Assembly (NCBI GenBank): GCA_012026655.1 | Contig: JAAILG010000768.1 | Span: 1-64,000 of the forward strand | Origin: Hydrolagus affinis | Taxonomy: Eukaryota | Direction of reading: 5' to 3' | Length of the DNA: 64,000 nucleotides | In this document: in pieces, positions 48,511-60,341 of the stretch | Numbering within the stretch: position 1 is the first letter of the stretch | Layout: each line of letters opens with the position of its first letter | Position numbers and translations under genes: made by a program | The notes under the pieces: generated by a model | Database searches by the model: none | What the model saw: the letters and a program-made list of their open reading frames with translations, nothing else | What the model was told of the DNA's origin: nothing

Positions 48511-51500
48511 CTGAGGAGTGGGAGTGGATATATTGATGTGACAGTGGGAAGTGCTCTGATAACCCAAAGTAAAAACAAGTGTTCAGGCAAAACAAATGAT
48601 CAAACAATAAACAAAATGAACATACACAAAAACTATAAAATAGACAAAGATATAAAAGAAATTTAAGAATCAAGCTATACTTTATTTAGCACAGAAATCT
48701 GTAACCACAACATGCACATACAACTTTTAAATATAATAATGGTAAAAATAGCAACAAAATAAATACAAGTGTAAGATCATTGGGTATATTTAAATGTACA
48801 TAGTGATTCAAATCAATGTCTTTGTGAATACTGCATGATAATATTTATAGATTCAACCTTTCCAACACTGACATAACCATCTGACCCTTCTCACTCAGTC
48901 CCAACAGACCAGTCTTTTCAGATGCAATAAAACATGTGGTGTCTGGTGACTGATAAGTACCTCAGCCCAGCCTCTTCCAGCCGCTCTGTGTGACACAGTT
49001 TATGGGAAGCAGTGGCTCAACGCTTCCATGTACAAGGATCAGTAACCAGATTCAATTCTCTGTTGCTGACACAGGGCTCACGAGAAGCTACTTCAGAGAC
49101 TCAGGTCTTCTCCTTAGGTATGCTTCTGTCGAACTCCATTAATCTTTTCAACTCCCCCAATCCTATGGGTCTGTTAGGATATAATCCCTGATTAATATGA
49201 TTGGTGAACTCCTTGCTCCACATGGAGCAGAAGATGTAAAGAGAAAGTCAGATTTTCCTCAGCATCCTTTTTCTTTCCAGGAAATAACAAGTATGGCTCC
49301 ACCCTTACATGTTTCAGTAAAAACTGTGAATTTGAGGCAACTTGGCTCAACAGCATTAAGGGAACGTGCCCTGCTGAGCAATATAAACAATGACTGTACT
49401 ATTCATATGCAGTGCATTTTGCTGCATTCACCGAGGCTACAATACAGTCCTGCTGAAGTACTACAGTTGAAGTTCGTTTCAATAGACATCCTGGCAGAAA
49501 TGAAACAATGGCAAGTGCATCCTTCTTGAACAAAGCTCATCAGCACTGATTTAAACAATGGGCATCAATCATTGCCTATAAAATATCCCTTATAAAGGGA
49601 GATCCCAATTTACTATGTTCCACAAGGTTAAATGTGAGCAAGCATCTGTTCCCTTGATCACTTTTGCTTGAGAATCTCTGCTTACAGCATCTCAATCCAA
49701 ATTTTAGCAGAAGCCATCCATGCCTGGCACAAAGTTACATCTGAACGCTATGTTTATGTTTCTGGACTTTCCTTTTCAAGAGATTTGCCATGAATTTCTC
49801 CAAGAGCTAAGCGGATAATTGTTGAATTTCAGGAAGAGTTAAATGTCGGAAGAGAGGCATCTTAACCCTTTGAGAATTGAGTTTTTCCCAGTTCTATACA
49901 TAACATGTTTCCATCCCATACTTTGGGGAATATTGGGCAGGGTTCTGCAAAAGAACAGAGCTCAATATTACTTCTAATTATAGACCATTTAGAAATACTG
50001 ACATTATACAAAATAACCTTCACCCAGATGTCAACTTCTACCTCCAAGTTTTTATTTAAACAGAAACAAAATCCTGAATGTAATTACCATCAAATGTATT
50101 CTGTCAATTCAGTGGGTCTGATTTAATCTTTTTCTGTGCCATGCAACATTTCATCTGACTGCCCGCTGAGGCGAGACTGCACTGGAAGCATTGTAAAGCA
50201 CTCTTTTCTATTGATTTAATTTGCGACACAGGGCAGTATCTGTTCCCTACAAATGATATGCTAATACAGCTACTTGTGGTATCCGAAGCCATGTCCACTC
50301 CTATGATAAGAAAGAATGGCTGATACGTTGCTCTGGTGAATTAAGGAGGCCATTAAAACATTGCTAAATTAGTATGAAAGGGGCAGTTGTAAAGCCTCCA
50401 ATTCACCATGCATCCTACTTAGCAAAACTATCAATCTGACACATTCAAACTTTCCAATAATCAATGCCCAGTTGGCTTTATTGTGTTAGTTTGGAATTAA
50501 ATGTTTTAAAATAGAAGATTTTTCTCACGAATGTAACAAATGTAATTTAGCAGCACAGCAAAACCTGTATACCTGAATATGATGTGGATGTGGCAGATGC
50601 TATTTCCTATATCGGCTGCTGTTTATGGGATGTTCTTCAAACATGCATCTTAAAGCTCTGAAGCATGAGCTGTTTGCTTTCAACATTACATTTGAGACAT
50701 TTTATCAGCAGCACCAAATCATGAGTACCAGTAACCCAGCAGAAAATAATCCATTTGTGATAAGGCAAAGCTATTTTTAATCTGTTCCAATGTCACTTAC
50801 CCAGTTCCACTTTGCTAACCTCTGCTACCTGCCTACTTACACAGCCACCCACTCACCTGTAGATACCAATTCAATCTCACAAATGACTTCAAAGCCAACA
50901 TTTCACATCTGTCATCTGAATGAAAATATCTGTAAATTAAGGGTAATAAGAACCTTTAACCTTTTGTAAATAGGACAAGCATATAAGCCATCCCCTAAAT
51001 GGAATATACAAACATCAGCTACAACACATTATTTTCATGAAATTAAAGTGAATGTGATATTACAACTAAGATTCTGACTGCATCATTTTGGACTTCAGCA
51101 CTATCAATACCACTATAGTCATCAAAAGATTAAAACAAGCATGACATAAGATATAATACTTTACTTTGTATATTTAGTTTAATCCCTGACTTCACTCAAA
51201 GGGTTTTTCTGAAGGTAAAACAATTGATTATTGCTTCCTGGTCTATAACTAACATATTACCTGAGTACTATAATAAAATGCCACATTTAAAACTGAAATG
51301 TTGTTTGCATATTACAATTTCATCATCCCCCTCAGAAACATATAGCTATCTGTCCGAAATTGTGCAGAGTGAAGAGCCGGAAATACATCTTTAATATTGG
51401 TGTGACTTAATTTGACACTAAATCTAATCTTAAAACTGCTCTGCCTTACAAACAAGTGTACATTATTTTAAAGGGGGTCATTAAAAGGTCTTTCCCTAAA

Positions 51501-52871
51501 TATCACAATTTATATTATATTTAATTTTGAATGTAAACAGTTTGCATATTTCTGTTGGGTTTCAGTACTTTTATATGTAGCTTTTGTTTTAAAGTTTCAG
51601 TGACCTCTCTCTCTTACAATGATCAAAGGCAGAAACCACTGGAAAGTTGCAACGCAGAGATCAGTCACAGAAACTCGTAAACAATCTCATATGGACAATA
51701 AAATAATTTTAAAACTAATTGCATCATAAAAATATATTTTTAAGGGATATTGTGTTCCAATTTGTTGGCAAGCCACAGCAGAAGCTAACTATCTGGATGT
51801 TCAACAGTGATCTTTCAGATGATACCAGTAAAAGTTGGGAGTGTGGCCTCCATTGATTTATAACTAAAGAAATTCTATGATTAATTAACATGGATGTGCT
51901 GAGAAAATCTAGACTTTTTAAAGCGAAATTGGAATCTGAACCAAGAAAACCAACAAGTGTTTTAACGTGAGAAGGCACTCTGTATGGCTTTGCAAGCTAC
52001 TGGTATAGATCCATATTGAACCAAAACACAATCATTTAGTCCCACCACAATGTCACTTTTTCCTCAGAAAATGTTTGACAATGCAATATATACTGAAGCA
52101 TGACAATAGTAATCAGGTATTACAAGGAAATTCAGCATGAATGGACTAAACCTTATCTTTGCTTTGCCCAAAGAGGTTCATTCTTATGGGATAAAAGCAA
52201 TGTAACATTTATCTGAATATATTTCATGCGGTCTCATTTAAAATTGATCTTTTAAATAATTTTTAATCATTCTTTTGAACATCACACACACTTAACCAAT
52301 ATATGCAGATCACATGTACAGGAATAATAAAGTAGAAAGGCTTTCTTTCAAACAATGCTATAATGATTAAGTGCTGTCGGTCTGAGAAGCACAAAAAGAG
52401 AGGCAAAGCATATGTAAACCCAAAATTGTTGTATTCATAATGAAAAGAACCCTGGTGTAGCCCAAAAACAATTGCAAAGAAATTAAGTATCTCAAAATGT
52501 CAAATTTGTACATAACCTGTGTTTTTTTTAGTTTCGTATTACACCTTCAATCCAGAATATCTGGGGGAGGTTTTGATTTCCAGATAAAAAACATTATCTG
52601 CAATGTCTCAGATTATGAACTCAGGGCTATTTGTTTTGCTAAGTGATTGTTTACAGTAATCATAAACCACACCATCCCCAGATTCATCACAAAAACCACA
52701 TGAGCAATCTCAAACAATCTGTGGAATAACAGTCTAACTAACTTCTTTCGCTCCTAGCACAGTCATCAATAAACCTCTTTTCACAGGATGCAGTCACAGC
52801 CAAAGTCTCCTTCCACATTCCCCCCACCAAGAAGAAGACTGCACCTTGCCATCTCTAATCAGAAAGTGCTC

Positions 52872-52890
52872 TAGTGCCATCTAGAGGCCA
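52872..52890 (-). promoter_or_regulatory. CTCF-like motif
   Basis: Minus strand TGGCCTCTAGATGGCACTA fits the CTCF core consensus (CC[A/T][C/G][C/T]AG[G/A][G/T]GGC[G/A]C) at every position. Confidence 0.55.
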
Positions 52891-53178
52891 TCTACTTGTC
52901 TTAATTGCTTGGCACCAGTCCCAAGTTGCAATGAGATCAATTGAAGAGAGCTGGACTTAAATCTTTGTTAGTAGGAAATTAATAGGCCTAGACAAACAAA
53001 GTGTGTCAAGAAAATAACTTTCTCTGTATCTTATTGCTTTTGTCACATTGTACTTTTAGGACACAAGACAACAGGCTATGATGATAATTATGTTTTTACT
53101 AGTTAACAGAAAGTTTCATTTGCACTGGACTCCCTGAATCAGACTTCTGCAACAATTTGTCAGTGCTGTGCTTTGCAC

Positions 53179-56100
53179 TTATTTGTATTGGGGAATTCTG
53201 TACTTGAATGAAGGACTGGTAGACCAGTAAAAGTTCTCGGTTACCTGTCTGGTGTGCACTGGGCCCTTTGTCTTGAAGCCTCCTTGGGAGCTACACTCTG
53301 AGGCACTGAAGTGGTCTGAACTAGTCGAGGAGCGCTTAGACAGGGTATCGCAACCCCCAACGAAGGTGTTGTCCATTGGGAGCTCCTGAATCACGTGATG
53401 CTTTTTCGCAGACACAGGAGTGTCTGGTTTTAGATGAAAGGAGGGCTGTGGAGAGCCGGATTTGTAATGCCTCGCTAGATCTGGGCTATTGGGCTTAAAG
53501 GTTGTTGGTGGTGTTGTGCCCCAGTCAAATCGTCCTATAGTCTGCTCCTCCAGCTCAGCTGGAAGGGTAATGGTCCCATTGATAGGTTCGTGAGCAGGAT
53601 CATCTGGTTTCGATTCCTCGATTGTAACAAAGTTCAAAAGAGAGCTCTTTGGGGACTTTCTTTTCTTCCTTTTTTTCTTCTTGTTTTGCTTGCCCTCTTG
53701 GTTGGGAGACATCCATTCTGCCCCCTGCTTGTTCCTTTGCGCGGCTTTGAACCGAGTTGATTGGCGGCAGCGCACTAATACAGTAACAAAGATGACTACA
53801 ATGACAACCATAGCCCCCGCCACTATGGCAATCATGATGGTCAGATAATCTTCATTTTGCCAGGGCTGGGTGCCTTCTCCAATGTTCTTATCCAGGGGTG
53901 TCTCCATAGTCCTTCTTATTAGTTCATAAATGTAACTAGCATTGCCTACAGTCTCATTGACATACAGAAAGACAAGTACAAGAGTGTGCAGGGGTTCAGG
54001 GTAACCCAAGTCACTGATATTTACCACCAAACGATGCAAGCCCTCATCTGCAACAGTTGGTTTCTCCTCCAAAGTAATGTTACCCGTTACCGGGTCAATT
54101 CTAAACAAGCCCTTGTTGTTTCCACTAACAATTGTATATTTGAGCTCAGCATTCATCCCCGTGTCGACATCTATGGCAAAGACTTCTGCCACCACAGAAC
54201 CAGGGATAGCAGAAAGAGATACCAGTTTGAAAGAAGAGTTCGAAGGCGGATAGATGACAACCGGGCTGTTATCGTTGACATCTATGACATTGATGGTCAC
54301 TTTAGCAATGGACGAACGGGGTGGTCGTCCTCTGTCCACTGCCTTGACTTGGAAGGTGTAGGAGCCTTGCACTTCTCTATCGAAAGAAACGTTGGACCTT
54401 ATGACCCCGTTCAATGGGTCCAGTATGAAGTTGGCGTTGTCATCCAGGATGGCGGTGCTGACATCCTGGTTCTCGCCGGCGTCGACATCGGTGACCGTGA
54501 TGACCCCCACGGTGCTGTACTTGGCCAGGTTTTCGGAGACGAAGAACTGGAAATGGTTGTGCGTGAACTTTGGGCTGTTGTCGTTCTCGTCCAGCACGGT
54601 GACGATGACGGCCGCCTGGCTCTGCAGAGGAGGGTTGCCGCCGTCTCGGGCGGTCACCGTGAAGATGTAGCGCTCCTGCTTCTCGCGGTCGAAGACCCTG
54701 GAGGCGGTCAGCACGCCGGTCCTGCGGTCCAGGTCGAAGAAGGAGGCGTTGGGTCCCAGTTGGTAGACGATCTCGGCGTTCTGGCCGCTGTCCTCGTCCG
54801 TGGCGGTGAGGGTGGTCAGGTAGAGGCCGCGCCGGTTGTTCTCGGGCACCGACAGCTCGATGACCGGTTGGCTGAAGACGGGCGGGTTGTCATTGACATC
54901 CTCTAGCCGGACCCTGACCAGCGAGGTCTGGTTCAGGCTGGGTTTGCCCGAGTCGGCGGCCACGATACGGAAGTTGTACTGACCGGCGCTCTCATAGTCC
55001 AGCAGAGCCGAGGTCTCCAGCAGGTACTGGTTGTCGTACACGGCCTTGAGGTGGAAGGGCACATCCTTCTCGATGTAACACACCACCTTGCCGTTCAGCT
55101 CGGTGTCACGGTCGGCCACGGTGATCAGGGCGATCTTGGTGTGCGCCGGGTTGTTCTCGGGCAGGTACACGGTGCCGTTCAGGGCGCTCAGTATGTAACG
55201 GATGTCGATGGCCGGCGCGTTGTCGTTCACGTCGGTCACATTGACCAGCACGGTGGCCCTGGCCGGCGGGGAGCTGCCGTCGCTGGCCAGTACCGTCATC
55301 TTGTGCACGGCCGCCTCCTCCCGGTCCAGGGCCCGCTGCACGCTCAGCAGCCCGCTGGTGACGTTCAGGGAGAAGTGCCTGCGCACGGCGGCCGACACCT
55401 GCGGGCCGAACAGGTAACGGATGTCGGCGTTGGAGCCCAGGTCGGCGTCGGTGGCGTGGAGCTGAGCCACCGAGGTGCCGGGCAGGGCGCTCTCCGCCAC
55501 CTGCACCTCCAGCTGGCTCTCCCGGAACACCGGCCGGTTGTCGTTGACGTCGCTGACGGTGACCTGCAGGATGGCGGTGCTGGACCTGCGGGGGCTGCCG
55601 CCGTCCTCCACCTTGATCTTCATCACGTAGGTGTCCTTCTGCTCGCGGTCCAGGGGCCGCCGGACGATCAGCTGCGGCCACTTCTCCCCCTCGGGGGTCT
55701 CCACGATGTCCAGACCGAAGACGCTCTGGCCGTTGAGCAGCTGGTAGCGCTGGACCTCGTTGAGTCCGGTGTCGGGGTCGGTGGCCGAGGCGATGGGGTA
55801 GCGGCTGTTGACCAGCGCGTTCTCCGGGATGGAGATGTTGATGACGGGCGACGGGAACATGGGCGCGTTGTCGTTCACATCGCGCACGAACACCTTGATC
55901 TTGATGAGCCTGAAGTAGTCGTTGGGCAAGATGACCACCTCGATCTCGAAGAAACACTCGCTGTCCATGTAGGTGCCGGCGCACAGCTTCTCGCGGTCCA
56001 CCCGGTTCCCGGTGGTGAAGATCTCCCCGGAGCTGCTGGACACCCTGAGCAGAGGCACGTCTCCCGCCTTGGACACCAGCCTGTAGATCAGGTTGGCGCC

Positions 56101-56295
56101 TGTCCCCGTGGCCGAGCCGGGGCCGGGGCCGCCGCCCAGGTGGGAGATGTTCAGGTCGGCGGGGATGTTGCCGACCAGCATGTTCTCGGGCAGCTCCTCC
56201 TGGATGGTGTAGACCAGCTCCTGGGCGAGTGCGGAGTCCAGCGTCAGGCAGGCGACCAAGGCGAAGAGCAGGTACAGATCCCGCAGGTCCATCAT
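53179..56295 (-). CDS. PCDH9: Protocadherin-9 (delta-1 protocadherin): large coding exon / short read-through isoform. Signal peptide, 7 EC repeats, TM helix (~53773-53838), basic juxtamembrane tail
   Basis: 1048-aa ORF (53179..56325); the real start is probably ATG-ATG at 56295/56292 ([17 protein letters not shown]...). Repeated cadherin motifs DRE, DxNDNxPxF and AxDx[32 protein letters not shown] and the C-terminus ...[15 protein letters not shown] match PCDH9 as I recall it from tetrapods. Confidence 0.97.
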   Translation of the reverse strand: MMDLRDLYLLFALVACLTLDSALAQELVYTIQEELPENMLVGNIPADLNISHLGGGPGPGSATGTGANLIYRLVSKAGDVPLLRVSSSSGEIFTTGNRVDREKLCAGTYMDSECFFEIEVVILPNDYFRLIKIKVFVRDVNDNAPMFPSPVINISIPENALVNSRYPIASATDPDTGLNEVQRYQLLNGQSVFGLDIVETPEGEKWPQLIVRRPLDREQKDTYVMKIKVEDGGSPRRSSTAILQVTVSDVNDNRPVFRESQLEVQVAESALPGTSVAQLHATDADLGSNADIRYLFGPQVSAAVRRHFSLNVTSGLLSVQRALDREEAAVHKMTVLASDGSSPPARATVLVNVTDVNDNAPAIDIRYILSALNGTVYLPENNPAHTKIALITVADRDTELNGKVVCYIEKDVPFHLKAVYDNQYLLETSALLDYESAGQYNFRIVAADSGKPSLNQTSLVRVRLEDVNDNPPVFSQPVIELSVPENNRRGLYLTTLTATDEDSGQNAEIVYQLGPNASFFDLDRRTGVLTASRVFDREKQERYIFTVTARDGGNPPLQSQAAVIVTVLDENDNSPKFTHNHFQFFVSENLAKYSTVGVITVTDVDAGENQDVSTAILDDNANFILDPLNGVIRSNVSFDREVQGSYTFQVKAVDRGRPPRSSIAKVTINVIDVNDNSPVVIYPPSNSSFKLVSLSAIPGSVVAEVFAIDVDTGMNAELKYTIVSGNNKGLFRIDPVTGNITLEEKPTVADEGLHRLVVNISDLGYPEPLHTLVLVFLYVNETVGNASYIYELIRRTMETPLDKNIGEGTQPWQNEDYLTIMIAIVAGAMVVIVVIFVTVLVRCRQSTRFKAAQRNKQGAEWMSPNQEGKQNKKKKRKKRKSPKSSLLNFVTIEESKPDDPAHEPINGTITLPAELEEQTIGRFDWGTTPPTTFKPNSPDLARHYKSGSPQPSFHLKPDTPVSAKKHHVIQELPMDNTFVGGCDTLSKRSSTSSDHFSASECSSQGGFKTKGPVHTRQVTENFYWSTSPSFKYRIPQYK
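53239..53247 (-). other. PCDH9: Splice donor ending the large PCDH9 exon (long isoforms); intron begins at 53244 and runs off the left of the window
   Basis: Minus strand CAG|GTAACC falls exactly after ...HTRQ, where long PCDH9 isoforms are known to diverge from the short one. No downstream PCDH9 exon was recognised in 1-53244. Confidence 0.8.
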
Positions 56296-56420
56296 TCCTC
56301 CAGTCAGCTGCACTTTTGAGATCAAATTCGGATTTAACCTGTGTTGTTAAATGTTACCCCCATATACATATATATATATATATGTGTTTTTTTTATTTAA
56401 AAAAAGGATGAATCAACGTG

Positions 56421-56445
56421 GCTGCAAAAGAAACGAAGAGGATTT
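56421..56445 (-). other. PCDH9: Probable splice acceptor of the PCDH9 coding exon (exon starts at 56421, ~126-129 nt of 5'UTR)
   Basis: Minus strand TCCTCTTCGTTTCTTTTGCAG|CCAC: polypyrimidine tract plus CAG. Consistent with a non-coding first exon upstream. Confidence 0.7.
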
Positions 56446-57339
56446 GTCCCAGTTGCAATCTGCTTTAAGGAAGAGGTCCATCACTGTCGCAAAGAACTTT
56501 TATTTATTTTTTTGGTCGGTCGGGGCTTGTTAAGATTTCTGTTGAGGAAAGGCAGGCAGGCGGTGACTTTTTCTCCCTCCTCTCTTGTGTTTTCTGTCGT
56601 TCCCTCTCTCTCTCTCTCTCTCTTTTCTCTCTCTCTCTCCCTTCGGTTGCAGTATTTAAAATGCACAGTGCACAAAACTGCCGGAGGATGCATTCAGTTC
56701 CAAACCAGAGCAAGCCTGCAGAATCTTAGTGCGACTCATCCGCAGGAAAAAAATACCCCAAGTATCACACAGGGAAAAACAATAGTCGGTTCAAACAACC
56801 GACAGCGGCGGCGGCGGCGGCAATAGTTATCGTTTTCTTCTATATAAAAAAGAACACGTTAATGTTGGAATATCCCACTGATGCGACAGTTTACATTGCA
56901 AAGAAGAAGTTGGCGAGTGTAGCACACTGAAAGCTACAGCAATTGTAGATTCTTGGCTTTTTCCCTCTCTCTCAATCTCTCTCTGGTTAAAATCCTCCGC
57001 TTTTTTTCTTTCCTTTTACCAGCGGTGGGTGGGTGATCTTCCCTGATCTTCTCTTGTAGTTTCTCTCTCTGGTGTGTGTGTGTGTGAGTGAGTGAGTGTG
57101 TATGCATATATATATATATATATATAACAGTTAGTAGGTAAACTGCAGCGTGCAAGAAAGGCAGATTTACGTGAAGTTTTTTTTTAGAAAATCACCTCCA
57201 AGCGGATGCTGTCGATTGCTGGTTGTCCCTTCTCTCTCTCTCTCTCTGTGTCTGACTCTCCCCCTCTCTTCTCTCTCACACACTCACATACGTCTCTCCA
57301 CTGAATCTTCTCCTAACTCTCAATCAGCCCAAGTGAGTA

Positions 57340-57700
57340 TAACCGCCGCCCGCCCGCCCCGCCCCCTCTCCTCTCTGCCCGCGCACATTGGCTGATGGCT
57401 CCTCGTCAGCTGGAGCCCCGGGTTCAGCTCCGACTTGACGATCGTTCAGCGAAGCCGCCAATTAACCCGAGTGTTGGAGTGAGGGTGGGGGGGGGTGACG
57501 TGAAGCTTGTCCCGCCGATTGGCGGACTAAGCTGTCAGTCAGATGGGAGAGGCACATCTGACCTCGCTGATTGGCCGAGTGAGCTATCACTCAGCTCTGG
57601 GCGGGACCTGGTTGCTAATGAGCTGCAAGGCTGACGTCACTGGCAGGCTGGTGGCAGCGAGCGGAGCTGGACTCAGGCATTCGGCGCTACTGTCTCCCTC
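57340..57700 (-). promoter_or_regulatory. Probable PCDH9 promoter (CpG-rich, TATA-less)
   Basis: Tandem GC boxes CCGCCCGCCCGCCC (57343-57364); four CCAAT/ATTGG boxes (57387, 57458, 57518, 57570); perfect CRE TGACGTCA (57632-57639); half-CREs at 57404, 57436 and 57496; ~1 kb upstream of the acceptor. Confidence 0.7.
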
Positions 57701-60201
57701 CCTGCGAGCCTCCCTCTCGCACAGCCACAGCCAGCACTCAGTCCCTGCCAGCATCGGCTCCACTCTTTCCCTTGCTCCTCTCCCACATGCAAACAACTGC
57801 AAAGCGCCGTGTTTGTGGCAGCAAGCGGCACAGTTTGTTATAAATGTGTAATGTAACCGCAATTCTACAGTCTGGTTCCTTTCACCGGTTAACAGGTGTT
57901 CTTGTTTTTTATTTAAAAAAGAGCAATTATGGATTAGTTTTTTTTAAAAAAAGAAATGACATTTCAACCGCAGAAACTGACCCACGTTTGAGATATTCAT
58001 TCACACTCGGGCACCACCAAAAATACAGTAAAGCGGGATGTTTGGGAAATGCTGCTGTACGACCAGGTTAATTGAACCTCAAAATGTCATCGATCGAGAC
58101 TTTTTTTTCCTCAAATAAAAAAATACAGAAATGCAGATATTTGCTAATCGTATTTAAATGATTTGGGATTATTGCCTGTAATTTACGATACACGGCGTGC
58201 GGCTGAATCCGTGTGATAGTCTCTGGATTTCCCTGGACCAGGGAACTCTGCTAACCGCACTTGCTGTATGGGAGCAGAAAGTATACCGTTTCCCACTGGG
58301 TGAATAATTCCCGTGTGTCCTGCAGAGCTAAGACTGTTTTGATCTTCCCTTCAGGAAGTACCGGGGCTTGTTCTTCTTGATTGCAAAAGTGGGTGCGTGA
58401 GATGCCAAACCCCTTGTCCATTTCGATCTGTCCAATTACGAGTAGCGTGATCTGTTGAAGAACAAAAACAACAGATTTGGAAGTGCAATGTGATGATACG
58501 GTCAAAACACTGAGATCCTTGTTACTAGACAACTCGTTCATTCACTTCAAACAATAAAACATTCGTGTTTGCGCTATGCGGGTTAATAAATCCTGAAGCT
58601 CGGTGAAACTTGTTAGTGAAACTGTTACAAACACAAGGTTGTGATGGGCGCAGGTAGATTGGTGACCGTGTCGGGTAAACGGTATGTATCGCAGTTTAAA
58701 ATTATAGTATTATTTGGGATGATGCTTCAGTCTGCACGTTCTCTGTCCAAACACTGAGAGGGAGAGAGAGAGAGAGATGGCCTGAATCCCGGCCAGTGTT
58801 TATCTGGATTGTCGGGATTGAGGAACTGCAGGACACCAGTTGCCATTCGGTGTCTCCCCTGACATTGAACAGACAGCCCACACCCGGAGAGAACCGGGGA
58901 ACATTGCAAACTGATTGGTTTAGTTTGGGAGACAGTTTGGTCCCATTCACGATCGATGTGATACGATCCACCGAAACATTAATAATAATAATAATAAAAC
59001 ACATTACCGTAACTCCATTAACTCCTACAATTTCCACCAACTTCTCAAAACATCTGAATTATCCCCACCTTTCGTCCAAGTGTAATTCATAACACTTCAA
59101 ACAAACAAAATGTCTCGCTTCAGCTGACACCGTGGTGTTGCCTGGTTTACCGTGGAATAGTCTTAATCAGTGCTAATCTCTCCTCGGCGTTACCTGCTTT
59201 ACATTTACTCTCCTCACCTGAGACTGACTGGTAAAGCTCCCGTTATGGGAGTCGGTGGATGGTCTCGCGCCGGGAGGGGGGGGGGTTGTGTGAGAGACAT
59301 TTGATTGATCAATCATTGGCTTCGACCCCAGATTCCTCCTCGTTCACAGCAGAGGGAAAGAGAGAAGAGTGAGCGCGACCTGAGCTAACTGGTGCCGAGA
59401 CCTGTCTAGACAGAGACAGATTGCCTCCACCCAATGTCATCCTGTCTAACGCTGTTCATCGGGCACACCACGGCAAAGAGCAAACAGCGACTCCGGAAAG
59501 GGGGGAGGAGGAGGAGGGGAGAATCGAGGCTCTCTCTAACAACAGTACAGTGTGATTGTTTTAAAACTCAAATGAAAATGACACAAATAAATTGCAGGAT
59601 TAACGGAAAGGTCACCCGCCACGTGTGCGTACATTTTCTTTCCGCATCAGATAAAACATTCCACTCGTTTATATATATATATTTTTAAAAAGGCAACACG
59701 AGGAAACCAAGGAGCGCAAACAAAAGGAAAGCACCAGATAATTTAAACTATTACACCTTGATTGCATTGGCAAAACGATGCAGTTAAGTTTTACCCTGGT
59801 TTTATTTATTATTAGGGTGATTATTATCCCACAGAACAGATATACGCATCATGGCCAGATAAACAGATAATGTCAACATAAATAATAAGACCAGAGTACG
59901 GTTTCAATTGGGTTAAAGAAAAAACCAGGGCCCAAACATTTGAATCCATTAATCAATTTTCTCGAATACAGGGCTGCTGCTCTAAAACGTTGTCTTACAG
60001 ATCAACTCCATATATACCCTTTCAATAGTAATGCGGATATATAATCTGACAGAGTATCCCTTTAAAGAAGCCCGGAGGAATTTGCAAAACTTTAATACGT
60101 TATGATTACTTTGTGCTGGGAAATGGTGAATATAATCGTCTCCAGAGAGAGAGAAAGAGTGAGAGATGAAGCCAGGGAGTGTGTGCCACTGCTTTAGTCA
60201 A

Positions 60202-60220
60202 GCCTGCCATCTAGAGGAGC
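60202..60220 (-). promoter_or_regulatory. CTCF-like motif
   Basis: Minus strand GCTCCTCTAGATGGCAGGC; shares the 13-nt core (plus strand TGCCATCTAGAGG) with the 52872 site. Confidence 0.45.
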
Positions 60221-60282
60221 TTTGACTGAAGAACAAGGACCGCAATCTCTCAGGTTAATCGCCGCAGACGAGGCATTGGCGC

Positions 60283-60341
60283 ATCCCTGGCGTTTGTTGC
60301 TCTATATCCCTGGCGTTTGTTGCTCTATATCCCTGGCGTTT
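60283..60341 (+). repeat. Perfect 23-bp tandem repeat x2.6
   Basis: ATCCCTGGCGTTTGTTGCTCTAT repeated without mismatch. Confidence 0.95.

Noticed and set aside
1-53000. Downstream PCDH9 cytoplasmic exons or a nested gene
   Set aside because: No ORF resembling the CM1-CM3 tail or any other protein was recognised; the short ORFs are TE-derived or random. A small exon could have been missed by eye.
55106-55984. 292-aa alternative-frame ORF on the PCDH9 strand
   Set aside because: Arg/Pro/Gly-rich low-complexity product expected from a shifted frame of GC-rich coding DNA.
55051-56319. 422-aa plus-strand ORF (and 306-aa ORF 53986..54906) antisense to PCDH9
   Set aside because: Codon-aligned antisense shadows: the GC3-rich sense strand rarely uses TTA/CTA/TCA, so antisense stops are absent. 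No recognisable domain.
56296-56325. N-terminal extension [10 protein letters not shown] of the ORF track
   Set aside because: It begins at a non-ATG codon (TTG); the signal peptide and homology start at the ATGs at 56295/56292.
57005-57200. Candidate donor sites for non-coding exon 1 (GTAAAT at 57170, GTGATT near 57195, GTAAAA near 57019)
   Set aside because: Several weak candidates that cannot be distinguished without transcript data, so exon 1 is not annotated.
59119-59142. Partial REST/RE1-like CCGTGGTG
   Set aside because: Only one half-site matches and the spacing to GCTG is wrong.
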